Below are positions 1-7,069 of a stretch of 44,203 nucleotides of DNA, piece by piece. Source of the DNA: an uncultured Candidatus Saccharibacteria bacterium (GTDB taxonomy: Bacteria > Patescibacteriota > Minisyncoccia > Phycocordibacterales > CSBR16-119); assembly GCA_964606255.1 (NCBI GenBank), contig CAZSFS010000002.1:1-44203 (forward strand), in the 5' to 3' direction. Numbering within the stretch: the first letter of the stretch is position 1; each line of letters opens with the position of its first letter. A program made the translations under genes and the position numbers. The notes beneath the pieces were generated by a model. That model was not told the DNA's origin and searched no databases. It worked only from the letters and a program-made list of their open reading frames with translations.

Positions 1-458
1 TTTGGTATCGTCTTCCAGGACTTGTGGCTGTTATCGCGCTTATGATTTATATGGCGTTTATGTTTGCTATTTTCAAACTTATTCCTGTCACTTTGACTGC
101 GGCGGGAATCGCTGGGTTCATTATCTCTCTTGGTCTTGCCGTTGATGGAAATATTCTTATCTCAGAACGTCTCAAAGAAGAAATCCGCGGTGGTCGCACC
201 ATTAGAGATGCGATTGCAACAGGATTTTCTCGAGCCTGGACGTCGATTCGTGACTCAAACACGTCCAGTATTTTGACGGCGGCGATTCTTTACATGTTCG
301 GAAGCGCACTTATCAAAGGCTTTGCGTTGACACTTGGACTTGGGGCCATTATGAGTATGTTTAGTGCCGTCATGATTAGTCGCGTTATGCTGACCGCGCT
401 TAATGTTCGCGACAATAAGTTCACCAAATTTATCTTTAAGAGCGGATTTTCAAAATAA
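1..458 (+). CDS. secD: Protein translocase subunit SecD, C-terminal part (5' end lies outside the window)
   Basis: The frame is open from nt 3 (WYRLPGLVAVIALMIYMAF...). 'GLAVDGNILISERLKEE' and 'SRAWTSIRDSNTSSILTA' match the conserved C-terminal TM bundle of SecD. The stop is at 456-458 and secF starts 1 nt later. Confidence 0.85.
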   Translation, partial: WYRLPGLVAVIALMIYMAFMFAIFKLIPVTLTAAGIAGFIISLGLAVDGNILISERLKEEIRGGRTIRDAIATGFSRAWTSIRDSNTSSILTAAILYMFGSALIKGFALTLGLGAIMSMFSAVMISRVMLTALNVRDNKFTKFIFKSGFSK

Positions 459-459
459 T

Positions 460-1365
460 ATGTGGATCATCAAACATCAAAAAGTTTTTCTCGCTATTTC
501 TGGAATCTTTATCCTTGCTTCGATCGTATCGCTATCGGTTTTTGGTTTGAAAGTCGGAATTGATTTCAAAGGTGGATCTTTTACCGAAGTTTCTTATGTT
601 GACGAAATGCCGACAATTGTTGAAATTCAAGAACAAATAGCAACGCTTGAGTTTGGAGAAACACTGGTTCAGCCAGTTGGTAACAGCGAAGTTTCGATCA
701 AATCTCGAAGTCTGTCTGAAGCTGAGCGTCAATCACTTATCTCAGCACTTTCTTTCGGTGAAAAATATGATGTAGAAGAAAGATCTTTTACGTCTGTTGG
801 GCCATCTGTCGGAAAAGAACTTAAACGTCGCGCCATTGTTTCGCTCGTTATTGTAGAGATTGTGATGATTTTGTTTATCGCTTACGCTTTCCGTAAGGTT
901 TCAAAACCAGTGTCATCTTGGAGATTTGGTTTTGTCACAGTCGCCACACTTTTGCACGACGTTATCATGACGGTTGGGGTTTTTACCCTCATCAGTTATT
1001 TTACTGGAGCCGAAGCCAACACTCTTTTTGTTGTGGCACTTTTGACTGTACAAGGTCTGTCGGTTAACGATACGATTGTTGTTTTCGATCGAATTAGAGA
1101 GAATCTGATAAATAATAAAGATGGGAAATTAGATTTCAAAACAATCGTAGGTAAATCTATTAATCAAACGGTTTTTCGTTCACTAAATACGTCCCTCTCA
1201 ACAATTATCGTTCTTGTCTGTTTGGTTTTATGGGGTCCAGAATCAACCCGAATCTTTTCTTTGACATTGGCAGCCGGAATGTTTTTCGGAACGTACTCGT
1301 CAATATTTATCGCTTCACCACTCCTTACGCTTGTCGATAAGTGGCAAGGAAAGAGCAGCTCGTAA
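460..1365 (+). CDS. secF: Protein translocase subunit SecF
   Basis: ATG at 460 (MWIIKHQKVFLAISG...). 'GIDFKGGS', 'GLSVNDTIVVFDRIREN' and six predicted TM segments are present. The gene follows secD directly. Confidence 0.9.
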   Translation: MWIIKHQKVFLAISGIFILASIVSLSVFGLKVGIDFKGGSFTEVSYVDEMPTIVEIQEQIATLEFGETLVQPVGNSEVSIKSRSLSEAERQSLISALSFGEKYDVEERSFTSVGPSVGKELKRRAIVSLVIVEIVMILFIAYAFRKVSKPVSSWRFGFVTVATLLHDVIMTVGVFTLISYFTGAEANTLFVVALLTVQGLSVNDTIVVFDRIRENLINNKDGKLDFKTIVGKSINQTVFRSLNTSLSTIIVLVCLVLWGPESTRIFSLTLAAGMFFGTYSSIFIASPLLTLVDKWQGKSSS

Positions 1366-1484
1366 AATTGGCCACAAAAAGGCACGAGGTTCTGTATGTA
1401 AACCACAGACCTCTCCCTCTCGAAAAAGCCCGTCCTTCAAAAGGCGGGCTTTTTCTTGCGAGAGTCCTTTTTGTGGCCAATTTT
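1364..1484 (+). repeat. Copy 1 of a structured intergenic element: a 19-bp outer stem enclosing two hairpins, one of them terminator-like
   Basis: Outer stem AAAATTGGCCACAAAAAGG (1364-1382) pairs with CCTTTTTGTGGCCAATTTT (1466-1484). The inner hairpin is GAGGTTCTGT..ACAGACCTC. The hairpin CTCTCGAAAAAGCCCGTCCTTCAAAAGGCGGGCTTTTTCTTGCGAGAG contains a GC stem followed by a T-run. The 3' ~60 nt are identical to the copy at 22672-22804. Confidence 0.8.
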
Positions 1485-1512
1485 ACTCCGAAGAGAGGTT
1501 GGAAATTAGGTC

Positions 1513-1542
1513 TTGCGTACCTTGCCAAAAGGGGACTATAAT
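1513..1542 (+). promoter_or_regulatory. Putative sigma-70 promoter of lemA (TTGCGT-18-TATAAT), with the -10 ending 6 nt before the ATG
   Basis: TTGCGT is at 1513-1518 and TATAAT at 1537-1542; the ATG is at 1549. No Shine-Dalgarno sequence can fit in the 6-nt gap. Confidence 0.5.
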
Positions 1543-1548
1543 ACTCCC

Positions 1549-2103
1549 ATGACAACTTTAATCATTTTGGGGGTAGTCGCCGTTATTATTATCGGCATAT
1601 TTAATAGCTTAGTTAGGGCTCGTACCAGAGCTCTCGAAGCCTGGGCTGATATCGATGTCCAATTAAAACGTCGTTATGATCTCATTCCTAACTTGATCGA
1701 GACTGTCAAAGGTTACGCCACACATGAAAAAAATGTTTTAGAGTCTGTAACCAATGCTCGAAATATGGCGATTGGGAGCGGAGCTATGGGCACACCTGAG
1801 TCTCGTGACAAGGCGGAAAATGCTTTGAGCGCGACTTTGAAATCTTTGTTTGCTGTATCTGAAAATTATCCAGAACTTAAAGCCAATCAAAATTTTTTGT
1901 CGCTTCAGTCTGAGCTCTCGGATACCGAAAACAAGATTCAGGCTGCGCGTCGATTCTATAATAGTACGGTCAGAGACTTGAACATGAAGATCGAAACTTT
2001 TCCGACGAACATTTTTGCCGGAATGTTCCGATTCAAAATGAAAGAGTTCTTTGGTCTAGATGCTGCGCCGGCCGAGCGTGAGAATATCGCTGTGAAATTT
2101 TAA
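1549..2103 (+). CDS. lemA: LemA family membrane protein
   Basis: There is an N-terminal TM segment, then 'AWADIDVQLKRRYDLIPNLIETVKGYATHEK' and 'NYPELKANQNFLSLQSELSDTENKIQAARRFYN', which are typical LemA signatures. Confidence 0.85.
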   Translation: MTTLIILGVVAVIIIGIFNSLVRARTRALEAWADIDVQLKRRYDLIPNLIETVKGYATHEKNVLESVTNARNMAIGSGAMGTPESRDKAENALSATLKSLFAVSENYPELKANQNFLSLQSELSDTENKIQAARRFYNSTVRDLNMKIETFPTNIFAGMFRFKMKEFFGLDAAPAERENIAVKF

Positions 2104-2125
2104 TTAGAAATTTAATTTAGAAAAT

Positions 2126-2647
2126 ATGGATATTAATGAAACAAATAATATGCCGGTTGCCAAGAAGTCGAATATCTTAAACATCGTAATTATTATCTTG
2201 GTATTGGCACTTGTAGCCGTTTTCTTTGTTGGTAAGGGAAAAGATGACGCCAATGACGAAGTTGTGAATTCTGACAACGCCACCTCAACGACTTCGGATG
2301 CTGAAATAAACATGACCTCAAATACTTCGGCGGAAATACCTATGCCGGTTGGAACTTGGACTAGTGGATCAATCAAGAATGAAATTACTTTTGATGTTCC
2401 ACCTACTTATTATTTATCTCGACCAGTGATTGGAGAATGTTCTGATGTTGTGAGTATTTCAACTCAAACAACAAGGGCTCCGACTTTGCCGATAACTATT
2501 ATCTATAAAGAGGGTTGTGTGACAGACCCACTCGTGACAGGCAAATACACACATCGTGAAGTCAAAAACGGATACGTTTTTCAGACCAACGCCACGAATT
2601 CTTCTGTCGTGATCCTATTCAATAAGATTGTCGCAAGCGCGAAATAG
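2126..2647 (+). CDS. Hypothetical membrane-anchored protein
   Basis: This is a 173-aa ORF. It has an N-terminal TM segment (ILNIVIIILVLALVAVFFV), then an S/T/N/D-rich linker and a ~100-aa domain I do not recognise. A terminator follows. Confidence 0.55.
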   Translation: MDINETNNMPVAKKSNILNIVIIILVLALVAVFFVGKGKDDANDEVVNSDNATSTTSDAEINMTSNTSAEIPMPVGTWTSGSIKNEITFDVPPTYYLSRPVIGECSDVVSISTQTTRAPTLPITIIYKEGCVTDPLVTGKYTHREVKNGYVFQTNATNSSVVILFNKIVASAK

Positions 2648-2665
2648 AAAAATTTAGAGGAAAAA

Positions 2666-2693
2666 CAAAACTCGCCCTAGGGCGAGTTTTGTT
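2666..2693 (+). terminator. Rho-independent terminator
   Basis: The hairpin is CAAAACTCGCC-CTAG-GGCGAGTTTTG, followed by a T-run. Confidence 0.7.
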
Positions 2694-2706
2694 GTAATAT
2701 GGCGGT

Positions 2707-3597
2707 ATGCAAGCAAGCCTTTATACTCTCGCAGGAAAAAATGTCAGAAAAACCTGGTTTTTATTTACTGTATTTTTGATTATTGTTATTGGCCTCGGGT
2801 ATTTTTTATCAATCTATTTTGGTCACCCAGGAATCCTGTATTTCGCCGTTTTCTTTGCTATTTTTCAATCAGTTCTATCATATTGGTTCTCTCATAAAAT
2901 TGTTCTCTCTATGACGGGGGCTAAAGAAGCTTCACCCGAAGCGAACAGAGAACTCTGGAACATTGTTGAAAATCTATCGATCACGGCGGGGCTTCCAATG
3001 CCGAAACTCTATATCATCAATGATTCGATTCCGAATGCATTTGCTACGGGACGAGATAAAAAACACGCCGTTGTCGCCGTTACAACTGGTCTTATTGACG
3101 TTTTGAATAAAAATGAAATGGAAGGCGTTATTGCTCACGAACTTTCCCACATCGGTAATCGCGACATGCTGGTTTCAACCGTGGTCGTGGTGCTTGTCGG
3201 ATTTATTACCCTCATGGCCGATATGTTTTTGCGCTCGCAACTATTTGGTGGTGGTAATCGTGACCGTGAAGGCGGGGGACAGATCGGCGGGATTTTGTTT
3301 ATTGTTGGGATCGTTATCATGATCTTGTCGCCAATTATTGCTACACTGATTCAACTTTCAATTTCTAGAAAACGTGAATACCTCGCAGATGCCTCAGGAG
3401 CATTGCTTACTCGCTATCCAGAAGGTTTGGCGTCAGCCTTGGAGAAAATTTCGGCGCATTCTGGCAAGATGAAAAAGGCGAACCATGCTACTGCCCATCT
3501 TTTTATTTCAAATCCTTTTGGCGATAAAGTTCGTGGACTGTTCTCAACTCATCCGCCGGTAGAGAAACGGGTTGAGTTATTGAGAAAAAGTATTTAA
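2707..3597 (+). CDS. htpX: Zinc metalloprotease HtpX (peptidase M48)
   Basis: The HExxH motif appears in 'IAHELSHIGNRDM'. 'PNAFATG' and four TM segments are present, with 'EYLADASGA' downstream. A TAATAT box at 2695-2700 ends 6 nt before the ATG. Confidence 0.9.
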   Translation: MQASLYTLAGKNVRKTWFLFTVFLIIVIGLGYFLSIYFGHPGILYFAVFFAIFQSVLSYWFSHKIVLSMTGAKEASPEANRELWNIVENLSITAGLPMPKLYIINDSIPNAFATGRDKKHAVVAVTTGLIDVLNKNEMEGVIAHELSHIGNRDMLVSTVVVVLVGFITLMADMFLRSQLFGGGNRDREGGGQIGGILFIVGIVIMILSPIIATLIQLSISRKREYLADASGALLTRYPEGLASALEKISAHSGKMKKANHATAHLFISNPFGDKVRGLFSTHPPVEKRVELLRKSI

Positions 3598-3932
3598 TTA
3601 TTTTTCGGGTTGATCAAGAGTTTTCTTACCTCATCAAGAATATGTTGATAGATGCGCTTCTCGTCATCTTTTTCGTAAATTTCTGACTCTTCTACTTCGC
3701 TTGTACCCATTTCTTCCATAATTGCATCAATAAATATATTAATGCTTGGTCTATCTGGGTTGTTTATATAAGCCTTAATAAAATTCACATCAATAAAAGT
3801 CTCGAGACGGGTTTTTGAAATAGGATCCATTGCCGAATTTGCAATATCTTTTTTCCATTCCGAGGCGATTTCTCTCCAGTGCTTTTTAAATTTTTCTTCG
3901 GAGTTCTCAGGTAATCCTTTTGGTGTTTCCAT
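3594..3932 (-). CDS. Hypothetical small acidic protein
   Basis: This is a 112-aa ORF. Its stop overlaps the htpX stop (convergent, sharing TTAA). I recognise no family. Confidence 0.55.
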   Translation of the reverse strand: METPKGLPENSEEKFKKHWREIASEWKKDIANSAMDPISKTRLETFIDVNFIKAYINNPDRPSINIFIDAIMEEMGTSEVEESEIYEKDDEKRIYQHILDEVRKLLINPKNN

Positions 3933-3938
3933 CTGTTT

Positions 3939-3947
3939 ATTTTACCA
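3939..3947 (-). promoter_or_regulatory. Extended -10 box (TGgTAAAAT) 6 nt upstream of the ATG at 3932
   Basis: The minus strand reads TGGTAAAAT-aaacag-ATG. Confidence 0.5.
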
Positions 3948-4024
3948 TTTTTCGGGGTTGTCTAGTCTATTTTAGGGGTGTAAAATATGGACGTAGCGGA
4001 TTATTATTCTAATTTCAAAATCTT

Positions 4025-5068
4025 ATGGCAGCATTAATTATTGCATTGGTCGTTGTTTTGGGTGGGGGAACGGTAGCTGCGGCAAATGCTGCAGTTCCTG
4101 GAGATGCGTTGTTCGGGCTTGATTTGGCTGTTGAAAAAGCGCGAATAAATTTCGCTGGAGATGATTCAAAGAAAAATGAGCTAAAAGTTAAATTTGCAGA
4201 GGAACGACTCGCTGAAGCAAAAATAGTCGTTGAAAGTCGTGGGAGTATAAATGTTGCTGATATCGATCTCTCGGAAGCGACAGTAACCGAAGTCGAAGTG
4301 GACGTATTTACAAACGAAACAACAGTTAAAATTGAGGCAAATGATAGACATTATGGATTTACTACCACAGAAAAAGAAAAAGCCAAGATTATCGAGGAAA
4401 TAAAAGCAAAGTATAAACTAACTGATGCACAGATAAATGATGTGCTTAGTTTTGAGACAGAAGACAGGGTGAGCCGCGCTGACGACAAGGGTTTTCTAAA
4501 TAGCGAAAATTCTGGCTTTAAATCTTCAAAACAGCAAAGAGAATTTGAAGGGTCTCTTAGCGAAGTGGCAGATCTAATTGCTAATTCAAGCTTAAGCGCA
4601 GAAGAAAAAGCGAAGCTATCTGCAACTCTTGCAGGGCTCGTAACGCTTCTCGAAGCTAACCCAGGTTTGGAGATGGAAATAAAAACAAAAGATGGCTTCA
4701 AGGTTGAAGTAGAAGACGGAAAAATCGAAATAAAAACAAACAATAGTAAGTCGGGAGACGATGATGGTGATGACGACAAGGGCCATGGGAATGATGACGA
4801 TCGCGATGATGATGATAATCCTGGAATGAGTCACAACAACGACGTTCGTGAAAGCGATGATGAAGTCTTCTGCCGAGGTGAGTGGCGTGATGAAGAGGAT
4901 TGTGATGAGGGCAATGGTTCTAATAATGATAACGACGATGATGACGATAATTCCGGATCAGGAAACGACGATAACGAAGACGACGATAACGAAGAAGAAG
5001 ATGGTTCAGATGATGATGACAATAATTCAGGTCATGGAAATGACGAGGACGAAGAAGAGAATAACTAA
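4025..5068 (+). CDS. Secreted or anchored protein with a helical N-terminal domain and a ~100-aa poly-acidic (D/N/E/G) tail
   Basis: The N-terminus is signal-like (MAALIIALVVVLGGGTVAAANAAVPG). The C-terminal tail contains repeated '[KS]G[HS]GNDD' units and two Cys (CRGEWRDEEDC). The helical N-terminal part resembles a conserved domain common in Parcubacteria secreted proteins; this rests on memory and is low confidence. Confidence 0.6.
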   Translation: MAALIIALVVVLGGGTVAAANAAVPGDALFGLDLAVEKARINFAGDDSKKNELKVKFAEERLAEAKIVVESRGSINVADIDLSEATVTEVEVDVFTNETTVKIEANDRHYGFTTTEKEKAKIIEEIKAKYKLTDAQINDVLSFETEDRVSRADDKGFLNSENSGFKSSKQQREFEGSLSEVADLIANSSLSAEEKAKLSATLAGLVTLLEANPGLEMEIKTKDGFKVEVEDGKIEIKTNNSKSGDDDGDDDKGHGNDDDRDDDDNPGMSHNNDVRESDDEVFCRGEWRDEEDCDEGNGSNNDNDDDDDNSGSGNDDNEDDDNEEEDGSDDDDNNSGHGNDEDEEENN

Positions 5069-5070
5069 CA

Positions 5071-5100
5071 ATCAAAACCCGCCGAAAGGCGGGTTTTGAT
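5071..5100 (+). terminator. Rho-independent terminator
   Basis: The hairpin is AAAACCCGCC-GAAA-GGCGGGTTTT. Confidence 0.75.
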
Positions 5101-5133
5101 ATCCTGTTTAAAGGTGTAAAAATAAAATAAAAG

Positions 5134-5142
5134 TGATAAAAT
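5134..5142 (+). promoter_or_regulatory. Extended -10 box (TGaTAAAAT) 6 nt upstream of the nirK ATG
   Basis: The sequence reads TGATAAAAT-taaatc-ATG(5149). Confidence 0.5.
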
Positions 5143-5148
5143 TAAATC

Positions 5149-6360
5149 ATGTTTAAATATTTAGTTTTTGAAGTTGTCTCTGCTGTGGTTGGCTTAATCG
5201 CCTTTCTCTTTCTTGTAAGATATTTGTGGAAGAAAGGGTATCTACGTTCGATGTCAAGTGAAAAGAAACTCTATATACCAGCAGTTCTTCTTCTTATTGC
5301 CATTTTTACAGGACTGATATCAAATAAAACATATCCTCCAGATTTTGCCATGCCAGCTTTTATGCACTCACATGCTCCGGGTGGATTTCCGCCATCTATT
5401 CCGTTTGCCAAAATTTTAGAATTTTTTAAGTATGAGAATCGTTTTGAAAGAATTGATGATATTGGTGCAGATCCAATTATGGTTCCCAAGATACCGCAGT
5501 TACCTGACACAGATGGTGTTGTAAGGATTAATTTAACTGCGAAAGAGGTTATTTCAGAGATTTCTCCTGGAATTTATTTTAATTACTGGACATATAATAA
5601 TCAGGTTCCTGGTCCGATGCTTCGTATACGTGAAGGAGATACTGTAGAACTAACTCTGACAAACGACCCATCGAGTCTTCACCATCACAATATTGATCTT
5701 CATGCAGTCACTGGCCCTGGAGGTGGTGCATCCGTAACCCATGTTGCGCCAGGAGAAACAAAAACATTTAAGTGGAAAGCACTTGCACCGGGACTATATG
5801 TGTACCACTGTGCAATGCCAAATGTTTCTACTCACAACTCACACGGACAATACGGTATGATCTTGGTTGATCCTAAAGATGGTTTTAGTGAAGTTGATAA
5901 AGAATTCTATGTTATGCAGGGAGAGCTCTATACAGTGGGGCAACTTGGTAAAAGGGGATTGGTTGCATTTGATTCAGATGCACTTCTTGATGGAATTCCT
6001 AATTATGTAACCTTTAATGGCAAAATAGAGACAATTCCACGAATGCACGCACGAGTGGGTGATAGGATTCGTATCTATGTTGGTAATGGCGGAGTGAATC
6101 TTATATCGTCGTTTCATGTTATTGGTGAGATTTTTGACACAGTATATCCAAATGCAAGTATGGGTGGGGCACTTGAGTACAATACCCAAGCAACGGCAGT
6201 TCTTCCAGGAGGTGCCAGTATTGTGGAATTTGTTGTCGACGTGCCTGGTAAATATTTACTCGTCGATCATGCATTAGCAAGAATGAACAAGGGTGCGTGG
6301 GCGGTACTTGAAGTAACGGGTGACGAAAATCTTGAGATTTTCAGTGCGGTTAAAAATTAA
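5149..6360 (+). CDS. nirK: Copper-containing nitrite reductase (NirK) with an N-terminal two-TM extension
   Basis: 'HHHNIDLHAVTGPGGG' matches the HNIDFH motif that carries a T1/T2 Cu His and the catalytic Asp. 'YVYHCAMPNVSTHNSHGQYGM' matches the His-Cys...His...Met T1/T2 ligand block. 'SSFHVIGEIFD' and 'LLVDHALARMNKGAWAVLEVTG' match the C-terminal cupredoxin domain. Confidence 0.88.
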   Translation: MFKYLVFEVVSAVVGLIAFLFLVRYLWKKGYLRSMSSEKKLYIPAVLLLIAIFTGLISNKTYPPDFAMPAFMHSHAPGGFPPSIPFAKILEFFKYENRFERIDDIGADPIMVPKIPQLPDTDGVVRINLTAKEVISEISPGIYFNYWTYNNQVPGPMLRIREGDTVELTLTNDPSSLHHHNIDLHAVTGPGGGASVTHVAPGETKTFKWKALAPGLYVYHCAMPNVSTHNSHGQYGMILVDPKDGFSEVDKEFYVMQGELYTVGQLGKRGLVAFDSDALLDGIPNYVTFNGKIETIPRMHARVGDRIRIYVGNGGVNLISSFHVIGEIFDTVYPNASMGGALEYNTQATAVLPGGASIVEFVVDVPGKYLLVDHALARMNKGAWAVLEVTGDENLEIFSAVKN

Positions 6361-6764
6361 AAACAGTTCTACTTTACTTCTGGGATAAATGCTTCTTTTG
6401 TTTTTTGGTGGGAGAAATATCAAAAATTTCTTTCGGATGCAAAACCAATAGCCCTCTGACGATTCTGTCAGGTAAATTTTACTCACCCACGTAACTGCCT
6501 CCTCAAAATTTTCTCCAGCAGTGAAAATTTCTACCTCACCCTTAATTTGATATCCCATCATTTTAGACCAACACACTAACGCCACATTTTTGTTATGTGA
6601 AATATTTTGCAAGGTTTTATCCATAAAATAATTTATCAGCCAAATATTTTTTTACCCACTACTCGTATAGTAGAGACGGGCATAACGTTTATTCCGTGGT
6701 TACCTTGCGTTGCCAGAGCTTTTGAGGTTGCCTCCAAAATAAATTTTTCTATATGTTTTTCCAT
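6274..6764 (-). pseudogene. PNPOx-like (pyridoxamine 5'-phosphate oxidase family) flavoprotein gene, disrupted by a frameshift in an A7 run
   Basis: The N-terminal piece (MEKHIEKFILEATSKALATQGNHGINVMPVSTIRVVGKKIFG) ends at TGA 6636-6638. The continuation (..NIWLINYFMDKTLQNISHNKNVALVCWSKMMGYQIKGEVEIFTAGENFEEAVTWV) is in another frame. One extra A in the run at 6647-6653 would fuse the two. The 3' end is uncertain because the ORF runs 87 nt into the nirK 3' end. Confidence 0.55.
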
Positions 6765-6792
6765 ATTTTGATTATAAACCCTATTCCAAAAT

Positions 6793-6811
6793 TTGCGGAG
6801 ACGGGGAGATT
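6793..6811 (-). repeat. 19-nt duplicate of the 3' end of tRNA-Ser (acceptor 3' strand plus part of the T arm)
   Basis: TTGCGGAGACGGGGAGATT at 6793-6811 is identical to 6903-6921. The rest of a tRNA is absent here: there is no 5' acceptor strand and no T loop. Confidence 0.8.
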
Positions 6812-6864
6812 TACCCGTACGCTTCGCTTCCGAGTATAAACTTCTCATCTCACGCCCCACAGAC

Positions 6865-6891
6865 AAAATAAAAAAGTGGGCAGAACCCACT
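6865..6891 (-). terminator. Rho-independent terminator downstream of tRNA-Ser
   Basis: The minus strand reads AGTGGG-TTCTG-CCCACT followed by TTTTTTATTTT. Confidence 0.65.
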
Positions 6892-6905
6892 CTGTTGTTT
6901 TATTG

Positions 6906-6992
6906 CGGAGACGGGGAGATTCGAACTCCCGAAGGCTTTGACACCTTGCTACCTTTCCAAGATAGTGCACTCGACCACTATGCGACGTCTCC
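6906..6992 (-). tRNA. tRNA-Ser (anticodon GGA), class II with a long variable arm; CCA not encoded
   Basis: The reverse complement is GGAGACG-TC-GCA..TGC-A-CTATC-TTGGAAA-GGTAG-[AAGGT-GTCAAA-GCCTT]-C-GGGAG-TTCGAAT-CTCCC-CGTCTCC-G. It has a 7-bp acceptor stem, the 3-bp D stem typical of Ser, a canonical T loop and anticodon GGA. Confidence 0.9.
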
Positions 6993-7054
6993 AATAGATG
7001 AATACTAGCCTATTTGGGTAGCTTTTTCCAGCAATTCAAGAAATGATTATTTTC

Positions 7055-7063
7055 TGCTAAAAT
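7055..7063 (+). promoter_or_regulatory. Extended -10 box (TGcTAAAAT) 6 nt upstream of the mscL ATG
   Basis: The sequence reads TGCTAAAAT-gggggt-ATG(7070). Confidence 0.5.
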
Positions 7064-7069
7064 GGGGGT

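Noticed and set aside
1364-1484. The two-copy element could be a MITE or an integron attC site.
   Set aside because: The outermost arms differ completely between the copies, whereas MITEs conserve their terminal inverted repeats. I see no target-site duplication, no RYYYAAC/GTTRRRY attC cores, and no transposase or integron integrase in the window. This is not fully excluded with only two copies.
1325-1555. Three overlapping ORFs (1325..1555 -, 1331..1552 +, 1341..1541 +) share peptide segments with ORFs at 22660..22845 and with the N-terminus of 22669..23127.
   Set aside because: The shared peptides simply translate the repeated palindromic element. The ORFs lie in an intergenic spacer, overlap on both strands and have no start context. 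They are artefacts of the repeat, not genes.
4351-5022. Several antisense or out-of-frame ORFs (4351..4779 -, 4616..4834 -, 4831..5022 -, 4848..5099 +) fall within the acidic-tail gene.
   Set aside because: They are low-complexity Ser/Ile/Met-rich translations of GAT/GAC/AAT repeat DNA. The sense frame has a signal peptide and a terminator.
6793-7008. A 71-aa plus-strand ORF spans tRNA-Ser.
   Set aside because: It is the antisense translation of the tRNA gene and its terminator.
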